64,000 nt of DNA from Alphaproteobacteria bacterium (GTDB lineage: Bacteria; Pseudomonadota; Alphaproteobacteria; RF32; CAG-239), in the NCBI GenBank assembly GCA_017935485.1, contig JAGBHO010000016.1, positions 5,882 through 69,881 on the forward strand. The letters are read 5' to 3'. Positions 1-8,387 of the stretch are shown here, one piece after another. Under the pieces are notes generated by a model. That model did no database searches, was not told the DNA's origin, and saw nothing but the letters and a program-made list of their open reading frames with translations. Within the stretch, counting starts at the first letter, position 1, and each line of letters opens with the position of its first letter. The position numbers were made by a program, and so were the translations under genes.

Positions 1-724
1 CGCCGGAAGTGCAGTCTTTACAGTAATAGCACTGCGTTCCGCATTCGGTTTTTCCGGCTTTGCTTCCGGAATAATATTTTTCCGAGCGTCCCGGACAGGT
101 GTCGTCACAACATTTGTAACAAGTGTATCCGCAAGTGTCTTTGCCATTGGCGCCGCCGGTACAGGATACGCCGTAATTGGACGGACAACCAGCCGAAGGC
201 GAAGCCGTACAACAAGTACCATAAGAAGAATCCCATTGACAGAGTTTGGACCCTTTATACAACCGCCCCGGAGAACAGGAGTTGACATAACCGGCTTCGC
301 GGCAGGCACGAGGCCTGTCTTCTTTACATTGTTTGTAATAAGGTTTTCCGTTCGGACACTGTCCGTCAACAAAGGACGGCAATGAACAGGTCTGTGTGTT
401 ATACCCATTTTGCTTACACCAAGTTACGGCATCACATTTAAGATAATAGTCGTCTCTTTTACACTTACCGACCTGTGCCTGATACTGCGGACATTTGCCG
501 GAAGCATAATAAGTATAACCCCTATTTTCGCACCATTCGGTGTCAGGATTCGGGTTAGGCGGAATATCGCCGGCCAATTTATCATCGCCACAGTCAGGCA
601 GGAAACAAACGCCTGCAAAAGCATTGGAAGGCGGGAGGAGAACCGAGAAAGCGGCGGCAACAGCAAAGACTGACACCGCAGAGTTTAGTTTCATGTGTAG
701 CATATTTTTGTTAATATTCTTCAT
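1..724 (-). CDS. Cys-rich secreted protein (partial, runs off the window start; absent from the ORF track)
   Basis: ATG at 724 preceded by GGGAGG; open frame MKNINKNMLHMKLNSAVSVFAVAAAFSVLLPPSNAFA-GVCFLPDC... to position 1; signal peptide and ~26 Cys in ~241 aa. Confidence 0.85.
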   Translation of the reverse strand, partial: MKNINKNMLHMKLNSAVSVFAVAAAFSVLLPPSNAFAGVCFLPDCGDDKLAGDIPPNPNPDTEWCENRGYTYYASGKCPQYQAQVGKCKRDDYYLKCDAVTWCKQNGYNTQTCSLPSFVDGQCPNGKPYYKQCKEDRPRACREAGYVNSCSPGRLYKGSKLCQWDSSYGTCCTASPSAGCPSNYGVSCTGGANGKDTCGYTCYKCCDDTCPGRSEKYYSGSKAGKTECGTQCYYCKDCTSG

Positions 725-841
725 CGGCTTCCTCCCTTAATAAAAATTCTTTCCTTGTTGTCATTCAAAGCACGTTCTTCGTCATATTTCAGTCGAAGCA
801 TCGCGGTCTCTAAAGCAGAGAGCTGACAACCTGCCGTGCAG

Positions 842-931
842 GTCATTCTCGGGCTTGACCCGAGAATCCATCTCACAACCGGCACGTTGCTTATTTCTTT
901 ATGGATTGCCGGATCGAAGTCCGGCAATGAC
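842..931. repeat. REP-like inverted doublet
   Basis: GTCATTCTCGGGCTTGACCCGAGAATCCAT ... ATGGATTGCCGGATCGAAGTCCGGCAATGAC; near-identical copy at 28337-28427. Confidence 0.85.
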
Positions 932-1556
932 ATTGTTAATACTATACCACAATAAAACGCAAGAGTCAATACATAATGAAAAGTTGGATGGAGATTTTGG
1001 ACAGAGGATAGGAAAAGCAGAGGAGATTTTGGCTAATCAGAAAAGACTAAATTACAAACTTTCCGGATGTAATCTCCTAAAGCACCATGCCTCCGTCCGG
1101 CACGGTTGGAATACCCTTTGCGAATAGCCCTAAACAAAGCACTGTCACACCCCCTCTCATGAGTGAGAGGGTTGGGGAGAATTGATTTGCCCTTTAACGA
1201 GTACTTCTTAGTCTTGGTGAAAAAGAGGAAATTAAAAGCACATTGTGTCTTCTTGCCGTCTTAGCCTTGTGCTTAGACGGCCTGAACTTTTTCACGAAGA
1301 CTTAGAAAACGAGTTCAGGGCTAGCTTTTTTGTGCTACTTTTGTAGCATGACAAAAGTAGCGAAAAGAAAATCCCAACTTTATGCAGAAAACAAAATCCG
1401 AAAATAAAAAAAGGAAAATGAGAAAAAGGAGCGAGCGGTGGAGGGAGAGCGAGAGTGGAAAAGAAAGAGCGGAAAACAAAAGGGACAAGGGTGAGGGAGA
1501 AAAAGGCTGGAAGAGACAGAGACAGAGAGAAAGAAAGGAAAATTCATAAAAAAATA

Positions 1557-3617
1557 TTATTCCTGATGGCAGTTCCACATTCTGCACCCGATAAAATCGC
1601 GGATCGTACGAACTTGAATATCATCGCCGTTGAAATATAACGCTGCACCCAAAGAAGCAGGAACGTCAAATGTTTTGCCATCAATCTCAAGCCCTTTGCC
1701 TTTAATATACTTAACCCGGGAACGGTAGACGCAACTTTCTTTATCACATGTCAAATCAATCCAATCGGTATCCTTTTCTTTCCCTTTATAAATTGCTTTA
1801 AGCTTCTCATAAGTTTCTTCATCCGGTTTATGAGAAGCCGTGCGTTCCAGCCAAATTTGCTTATCAAAATAATTTCCGCGGCTTGGCAAAATCACCAGTT
1901 CGCCCTGCTTGTCTTTCACCGCCATCAAATCGGCATCGGCATTAATCATCACATCAGGCACTTTGGTTGCAAAAATGCTCAACCCGCCGCAGACAATGCC
2001 AATCAAACCCCATCGGCGCCATTTACGCTCCCACAAACACAGCCACAAGCCGCCAAAAACAATCAACAACAATCCCCACAACGGCATTGACAAAACCTGA
2101 TATCCGGCATTCGGCCACGAAGCAACCCATGCCGTAATCTGATTAACCAGTTCCACGCCCCAACCGGTAACTTTCAAAGTCCAGACATCCAAGCCAAACG
2201 GCATCAACAACATGGAAAGCAGCATAAAAGGCATAATCACCAAACCGATAACCGGCCCCGCCAAAAAATTTCCGGCCGTGGTATAAACGGCAATCCGGTT
2301 AAAATGATAAACCGCAAACGGCAGTGTTGCCAGACTTGCCACCAAATCAGACACTACAATTCCGGCAATATAAACCCAAACCAGCTTTACAATTGCCGCC
2401 ATTCTGCTCTGCTGACGTTTACCGTCGCCGCATAAAAAACGATTCAAACGGCCGGCATATTTTTCATAAAACGCAATCAAAGCCACAACCGCGGCAAAAG
2501 ACATCTGAAAACTGGCCCCGATAAGCGCCTGCGGAGAAATCACCAAAACCAGCAACGCCGCCAGCGCTATCGTCCGCATAGAAATCGCCCGCCGGTCAAA
2601 CAAAACGCCGAGCAACACAATAAAGGTCATAATAAAAGCCCTCTGCGTCGGCACTTCCGCTCCCGAAATCAACAAATAAAACGCACTGAGAAAAATGGCA
2701 AAAACCGCCGAAATCTTTTTGGCATCATAACGCAGAGCCAACGGCGGAATTAAAGCGGCAACCAAACGGATAAAAAAGAACATCAGCCCCGCCAGCATAC
2801 TCATATGCAAACCGGAGATTGAAAGAAAATGCGCCAGCCCAGCATCACGATAATCATGGGTAATCTTTTGTCGGATTCCGGAACGGTCACCGGCCATAAT
2901 CGCCGCCGTAATTCCGGCCTCGTCTCCGGGCAAAACGGCCTTGACATGGGCGACCATTTTTTGCCTGATGTCATTAATCCGACTGTCAAACCATAAGCCG
3001 ATTCCCGCTTTTTCATCGCAATCCAGCGGCTGCACCGAAGCCACGGCATAACCGTTCCCTTTGATGCCGGCATAAAAAGCCTTGCGGTCGAACTGATACC
3101 CGCCGACAATAGCCGGCTTGGGCAAAGACATAATCTTCGCCACGGTTTCCACACATTGCCCGGCCTTCCATTCCTGCATTTTGTCCCGCAGCGTAATCTT
3201 GACCGGCCCCGCAATTTCCGCACCGTCAAAATTTTTGATGCTGTCAAGAACCAAACGGGGCTTTCCTTTCATATTATGTTCCACCCGCACAATCCGTCCG
3301 CGGATGTAATCTGTCTGCTCTTCGGCAATCACCGGCTGCCGCGCCAAATACAAAGTCTTCATCTGAATATTGATAAACCCCAGAACTGCCAAAGCAAGAC
3401 CAAGCAAAAACCACAACCGCCCGGGTTTGAACCGCCAGATCCACGCCGACAGCAAAATCAGCTCGAACACGGCCAGTGACCACCATTTTGACGGCTCATA
3501 AGGCAATGCAAAATACAGCCCGATTCCGAGCGCAAACAAAACCGGCGTCCACAAAAACCAGCGGCTTTGCTCTTCCGTCAGATTTTCAACCCAGTAATTT
3601 TGACGATGCTGCAGCAT
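1557..3617 (-). CDS. comEC: ComEC/Rec2 family DNA uptake channel
   Basis: Multi-TM protein with GLAHFLSISGLH, QRAFIM and SFQMSFAAV competence-domain motifs. Confidence 0.93.
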   Translation of the reverse strand: MLQHRQNYWVENLTEEQSRWFLWTPVLFALGIGLYFALPYEPSKWWSLAVFELILLSAWIWRFKPGRLWFLLGLALAVLGFINIQMKTLYLARQPVIAEEQTDYIRGRIVRVEHNMKGKPRLVLDSIKNFDGAEIAGPVKITLRDKMQEWKAGQCVETVAKIMSLPKPAIVGGYQFDRKAFYAGIKGNGYAVASVQPLDCDEKAGIGLWFDSRINDIRQKMVAHVKAVLPGDEAGITAAIMAGDRSGIRQKITHDYRDAGLAHFLSISGLHMSMLAGLMFFFIRLVAALIPPLALRYDAKKISAVFAIFLSAFYLLISGAEVPTQRAFIMTFIVLLGVLFDRRAISMRTIALAALLVLVISPQALIGASFQMSFAAVVALIAFYEKYAGRLNRFLCGDGKRQQSRMAAIVKLVWVYIAGIVVSDLVASLATLPFAVYHFNRIAVYTTAGNFLAGPVIGLVIMPFMLLSMLLMPFGLDVWTLKVTGWGVELVNQITAWVASWPNAGYQVLSMPLWGLLLIVFGGLWLCLWERKWRRWGLIGIVCGGLSIFATKVPDVMINADADLMAVKDKQGELVILPSRGNYFDKQIWLERTASHKPDEETYEKLKAIYKGKEKDTDWIDLTCDKESCVYRSRVKYIKGKGLEIDGKTFDVPASLGAALYFNGDDIQVRTIRDFIGCRMWNCHQE

Positions 3618-3699
3618 AATTTTCCCTTTCGCTTTATTTGTAATATATTAATCTTTTTGTGTCATCATCAAAATAAAAGATATTTAATGAGGAAAAATC

Positions 3700-4104
3700 A
3701 TGAAAAAAATAACATTGGCTCTTTTTTGCTCTTTAGTCCTGTTTTCCGCTCCTCTTCATGCCGAAGTCAAAAGCATTGTCGACTGGGACGGCGGAAACAA
3801 CCCTTACAAACCGGGCAAAGACACCATTGCCGGGACGGATAATCCGGCAAACCTCAAAACAACCTGTTCTTCCAGCTGTCCCAAGCCTTACAGCATCACC
3901 ACGACATCTTGTCCGGAAGGGCAGATTCTGGTTCATTGTCCGGCACGCGGCTGCGGTTATTATAACCTGTGCCGCAACAAAAAGAACAAAGACGAAGAAG
4001 CTCCCAATGACATTTGGGACATCAATAAAAACGAAATTAATCTGCCGGAACTTCTGGACGAGATTGATACTTACCAATACAATCAGGAACAGGAACAACA
4101 ATAA
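3700..4104 (+). CDS. small secreted Cys-containing protein
   Basis: GAGGA RBS; signal peptide MKKITLALFCSLVLFSAPLHA; six-Cys cluster; acidic tail. Confidence 0.75.
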   Translation: MKKITLALFCSLVLFSAPLHAEVKSIVDWDGGNNPYKPGKDTIAGTDNPANLKTTCSSSCPKPYSITTTSCPEGQILVHCPARGCGYYNLCRNKKNKDEEAPNDIWDINKNEINLPELLDEIDTYQYNQEQEQQ

Positions 4105-4107
4105 CAC

Positions 4108-4138
4108 AAAAGGCTGCCACAAACTGACAGCCTTTTTT
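4108..4138. terminator. bidirectional intrinsic terminator
   Basis: AAAAGGCTG...CAGCCTTTTTT between convergent genes. Confidence 0.7.
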
Positions 4139-4143
4139 AATTA

Positions 4144-4515
4144 CTAAAAATCATCACACACTTTCAACGGAGGAAATATCCAGTCGCACATTTTTCCCGT
4201 ATCCGGTTCAAAGCTCTTTTTATATACCAGCTCATAGGCACACAACCTGAATTTCTCCCCGTCAGGAAACTCAATTTTCATTCCTTTTTGGTTCAAAACC
4301 GCAAAATCGCCGGCATCCGGAAACTTAATGATTTCGCCGCTGCGGAATTTATAATAAATTTCCCTGCCGCTTTCGGTCAAAACATACCAAACCGGAACTT
4401 TTCTTGCCGAAGCCGGAGACGTCAAAATACCGGGATTAACGTTATAATAATGCGCGCTTTCACCTTTCTTCGCCAACAGCTCCATTACCATTGCTTCATT
4501 TATCAATGTTTTCAT
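4144..4515 (-). CDS. hypothetical protein (putative small paralog family)
   Basis: ORF MKTLINEAM...KVPVWY; start set at ATG 4515. Confidence 0.65.
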   Translation of the reverse strand: MKTLINEAMVMELLAKKGESAHYYNVNPGILTSPASARKVPVWYVLTESGREIYYKFRSGEIIKFPDAGDFAVLNQKGMKIEFPDGEKFRLCAYELVYKKSFEPDTGKMCDWIFPPLKVCDDF

Positions 4516-4636
4516 GATTTTTATATTTTTAAGATTAATAATAAACAGATACATATTCCAATGGTCTTCAGAATATTATAATCATCAGAAAAAAGCAAGC
4601 TCCTTTTGCCATATTAAACAAAAAAATTGTCAAATC

Positions 4637-5044
4637 CTAAGATTTGACAATTTCTTCATACATCAACACATCATCGGCATCAATAATCCGCCGATAAACC
4701 ACCTTGACATTCCGGCCCAAATCAAACTCGATACTCCCTTCTTCCAGAGAATACCGGCTCAAGTTCAAATAGGTTCCGTCCTCAAACAAAAAACCCTCAA
4801 AAGCCTTAATATCGCGGCAGAAAGAATAAAACGGCTTGCAGATAAGTTCGGCCGTATCAGCCCGCAATAAGGCCAGATTCTTGCCTTTTATCTTCCAGCA
4901 GACCAGACAAAGGTTTGTTTTGTTCTTAATCCCCGTTCTGGCCAGCATTACCGGAAACACTTTTTCTTTCTCAACCGTAAAGCCCTTTGCGGCAAAAGCT
5001 TCCGCCGCCTGAGCATTGTTCATCAATAATATGTTCATACTCAA
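4637..5044 (-). CDS. hypothetical protein (putative small paralog family)
   Basis: 135-aa ORF ...MNNAQAAEAFAAKG...LVCWK...LRADTAELI. Confidence 0.65.
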   Translation of the reverse strand: MSMNILLMNNAQAAEAFAAKGFTVEKEKVFPVMLARTGIKNKTNLCLVCWKIKGKNLALLRADTAELICKPFYSFCRDIKAFEGFLFEDGTYLNLSRYSLEEGSIEFDLGRNVKVVYRRIIDADDVLMYEEIVKS

Positions 5045-5116
5045 TAATAATAAGTTTCACAAAAAAAAGTTGCCGTAAAACGACAACTTTTTGATTTTTT
5101 TGAAGAAGTGATGAGA

Positions 5117-5536
5117 TCAAGCTTCCCACCAGTTCTTTTTCTTAATCTCCTTAATGAAAGCGGGATTCACCTGCATATAAGACTTATCCGCTTCCTTACC
5201 GGAAACAAAAAATAACTCTCTTTTTCCGTACAAACCGCGGGTCAACAGGATTTGACACCCGTCGTCATAACGGAAATTGCTTCCGGAATGCAAATCCCAA
5301 ACAACAGTTCCTGTTGTAACAGGCTTGCCGTCCTTAACTGCAATCACACTTCCGTCAGGACATTTCCAAGCCGGAATAACAGCTGTAACGTTCGGACGGT
5401 GATATTCGTACAGGTTAACCTGTCCCGAATATCTGACTATTGCAACAGGTACTGCACCGGCAACCGGAGCCTTTAATACCATTGCGTTGTTCATTACTGT
5501 TGTTGCTGCACTCTGAGAAGAAACTTGTGTATTCAT
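5117..5536 (-). CDS. hypothetical protein (putative small paralog family)
   Basis: 139-aa ORF ...MNNAMVL...VIPAWK; upstream TTGACA-type promoter. Confidence 0.65.
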   Translation of the reverse strand: MNTQVSSQSAATTVMNNAMVLKAPVAGAVPVAIVRYSGQVNLYEYHRPNVTAVIPAWKCPDGSVIAVKDGKPVTTGTVVWDLHSGSNFRYDDGCQILLTRGLYGKRELFFVSGKEADKSYMQVNPAFIKEIKKKNWWEA

Positions 5537-5668
5537 AATCTTTTATTTTTTTAGCGCCCCTGTTGGGACAAAATTAATAATATCTTTTTAATTCTCTTAA
5601 CAGAAACCACTATATGACAAAATTTCCAAAATGTCAACATATTTTCTATAAAAAAATTAATTTTTTTT

Positions 5669-6166
5669 TTACAAACGCCTGTTCCTCATCTTTTGTGCAT
5701 ACTCGTCAATATTCACGCCCCGATGTTTCAGCTTGATTTTTTCTTCAATAAAATCAAATTTGTCAAAATCATTTATTGTTGTGATCAGATCATTCGCCAA
5801 CAGCGCTTTCACGCAAACGTCCACAAACTTTCCCTGCACATCCGCTCCATCCACAAATACCGTAACATTGCCGGATGCCGCGGCAATTCCTCTTTCCAGA
5901 AAAATCCGCCAAACTTCATCCCGCATTTGTTCTTCAAACTTTTCCGGTTCGTCAAAAAAGCCCAAAGACTCCAATGCCTCACCGCATTTTGTTTGTTCCA
6001 AAAGCAACTTGCCGTCATAGTCGGCAACAAAGTCCCAAGCTTTTCGTTTGTTCTCATCATTTTTCAAAAAGCTGATGCTGTACATAACCAAACCGTCTTT
6101 CGGGGTCGACACGTCAAAAGTCTCTGCAACGTTGTATACCCAATCACATAATTCTTGATTTTCCAT
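5669..6166 (-). CDS. ADP-ribosyl cyclase/NADase-fold (Tox-ARC-like) protein
   Basis: DVSTPKDGLVMYS...LLEQTKCG...VW...AAASGNVTVFVDG...KFVDVCVKALLAN follows the CD38/bacterial ARC motif order. Confidence 0.55.
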   Translation of the reverse strand: MENQELCDWVYNVAETFDVSTPKDGLVMYSISFLKNDENKRKAWDFVADYDGKLLLEQTKCGEALESLGFFDEPEKFEEQMRDEVWRIFLERGIAAASGNVTVFVDGADVQGKFVDVCVKALLANDLITTINDFDKFDFIEEKIKLKHRGVNIDEYAQKMRNRRL

Positions 6167-6325
6167 AATTTATAATAATAAAAATTAATAACTAAAAATT
6201 CCGGCGGTAATTTTAACTTGTCAAATCCTCTTGTCAAGACACAAAAAAACTGCCTAACCTCACGGCCAGACAGTTTTATCTCTCTGTTTAATTAAAAAAA
6301 TCTCCTCTTATGAGGGATATGTCTT

Positions 6326-6745
6326 TTATCCTACCTGAACGCGGGGAAGAACCATGCTTTCCCAATAGCGTCCACCGATATTTTCATAGGATATATCTTT
6401 CCAATAATATTTTCCGGCACTCTCTTCTTTTAATATTCTGAAAGAAAGCCCGTTTTTGACTTCGCTCAGAACACCTTGTTCCGGCAAGATTAAATTTACC
6501 CGATTGATTATTTTTTCAGGAATAAACTCCGCATTATCCATGCGAAGATATTTTTTTTGATTATCAACCGTGGTAATGGACCAACAGGGAACACGCATTT
6601 TCGTATTGAACATGTCCTCTGCTTTCTGCAAATCGGCAATATGCTTGGCACATACCGGCAGCAGATACAAAAACTTAATTCCTAATTCTTGGAGCAGACA
6701 AATCGCTTCGTCCATATTCCAAACTGACTTTATCTTTGTATCCAT
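6326..6745 (-). CDS. hypothetical protein (putative small paralog family)
   Basis: 139-aa ORF ...WNMDEAICLLQELG...RVPCWS...YLRMDNAEFI. Confidence 0.65.
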   Translation of the reverse strand: MDTKIKSVWNMDEAICLLQELGIKFLYLLPVCAKHIADLQKAEDMFNTKMRVPCWSITTVDNQKKYLRMDNAEFIPEKIINRVNLILPEQGVLSEVKNGLSFRILKEESAGKYYWKDISYENIGGRYWESMVLPRVQVG

Positions 6746-6887
6746 AATCTATAATTATTTTTATAATAGTGGCTAATTAACTGTTCCGTTATACCCGATT
6801 CCAGTATTTTTGTCAATATCTTTTATTTCGGAAAATGCAATTTTTCTAAAAAAATATCCGATATTGCAATTAATACCGGATATTTTT

Positions 6888-8387
6888 TTACAAAACCAGA
6901 TTCAAAACCCGCTCCGTCGCCTTAATCGCCGCCTTGACCTGATCGGAAGAAACCGCGTGCGTCACCATGCCGTTATCCCATTTGATTGTGGCTTCCACCA
7001 GCGAATTTGAACTTCCGCCGGGCGGTATGGTAATTTCAAAATCCAAAAGCTTCGGAATATCCACCTTCATTTTCGGCGCCAGTTTGCGCAAGGCATTCAT
7101 AAAGGCGTCATACCCGCCGGAACCTTGCGCCGTTTCTTCAAAAACCTCACCGCGGCATTCTACCTGAATATTGGCACTCGGCTTCATCTGCATTGTTGTT
7201 GTCACCACGCAGTTCGTCACCCGAAACAGCTTATAGCGCTGCCCGCCAAGCATATCAGCCACCAGAAAAGGCAAATCTTCCACCGTTACGTTCTTTTTCA
7301 AATCGCCGAGTTCGACAATCTTTTGCAGCAGCTTCCGCTTCTGATCATCATTCAGATGAATCCGCAGTTTGTCCAAATTCATTTCCAAACTGGCTTTGCC
7401 GGAAAGCTTGCCCAAAGCATAGGAACGATTGCGGTCAAACCTGTCAGGCGTCAGGCTGCTCACATACAAATTGCCTTTCTTGTCGCCGTCGGCATGAATC
7501 CCCGCCGTCTGCGTAAACACGTCACTGCCCAGAATCGGCATATTGCCGGCAATCCGCTTGCCGCTGAACGTTTCAACCAGAATGCTGATGTCTTTGAGCT
7601 TTTTCTCATTAATCTTACAAGCGGCATCGCTATGGTCGTTAATAGCCGCTGCAGCCTGCGCCAAATCCACATTGCCGGTACGCTCGCCCAAACCGTTAAC
7701 AGTCACATGCAGCCCGTTGATACCGGCTCTGACCGCCGCCAACGCATTGGCTGCTGCCATTCCGTAATCATTATGCGGATGAAATTCAAACTCTGCCTCC
7801 GGATAACGCCGAACCGTTTCTCTGATATAAGTCTCCGTTTCAAACGGATTCAAAACACCGAGCGTATCCGGCAGAATGATGCGCTTAAATCCTAAACCGG
7901 CATAGGCATCCAACATCTTCCAAACATAGTCGGAACTGTTTTTAATGCCGTTTGACCAGTCTTCCAGATAAACATTGCAAACAAAACCGTTATCCTGCGC
8001 ATAAACAACGGTTTTCTTCACATCAGCCAAATGCTCGTCCAATGTTTTTTTAAGCTGTAGTTCACAATGTTTCTGCGATCCTTTGGTCAAAAGATTAATC
8101 CGCCGGCAGCCTGTAGGCCTTAACCAGTCGATTGACTTGTTATAATCGGTAAAACTCAACACCTCAACGGCATTTTCAAAGCCGGCAGATTTCGCCCATT
8201 CCATAATTGCGCTCAACGCAACCTGCTCTTCTTTGCTGACCTTGGCACTCGCCACCTCGCAGCGGCTGACTCCGACATCGGCCAGCAACCGTTTGACAAT
8301 AACCAGTTTTTCTTCATGTTTGAACGATACGCCCTTGGTCTGCTCACCGTCTCGTACCGTTGTATCAACAATGTCAATAAATCTCAT
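6888..8387 (-). CDS. cimA: (R)-citramalate synthase (LeuA/CimA family, Leptospira/Bacteroidota type)
   Basis: DTTVRDGEQTKGVSF, NLLTKGS, VYLEDWSNG, FHPHNDYG, NGLGERTGN; C-terminal regulatory domain. Confidence 0.85.
   Translation of the reverse strand: MRFIDIVDTTVRDGEQTKGVSFKHEEKLVIVKRLLADVGVSRCEVASAKVSKEEQVALSAIMEWAKSAGFENAVEVLSFTDYNKSIDWLRPTGCRRINLLTKGSQKHCELQLKKTLDEHLADVKKTVVYAQDNGFVCNVYLEDWSNGIKNSSDYVWKMLDAYAGLGFKRIILPDTLGVLNPFETETYIRETVRRYPEAEFEFHPHNDYGMAAANALAAVRAGINGLHVTVNGLGERTGNVDLAQAAAAINDHSDAACKINEKKLKDISILVETFSGKRIAGNMPILGSDVFTQTAGIHADGDKKGNLYVSSLTPDRFDRNRSYALGKLSGKASLEMNLDKLRIHLNDDQKRKLLQKIVELGDLKKNVTVEDLPFLVADMLGGQRYKLFRVTNCVVTTTMQMKPSANIQVECRGEVFEETAQGSGGYDAFMNALRKLAPKMKVDIPKLLDFEITIPPGGSSNSLVEATIKWDNGMVTHAVSSDQVKAAIKATERVLNLVL

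Noticed and set aside
1321-1640. Low-complexity ORFs
   Set aside because: Arise from the polypurine tract and overlap the comEC 3' end.
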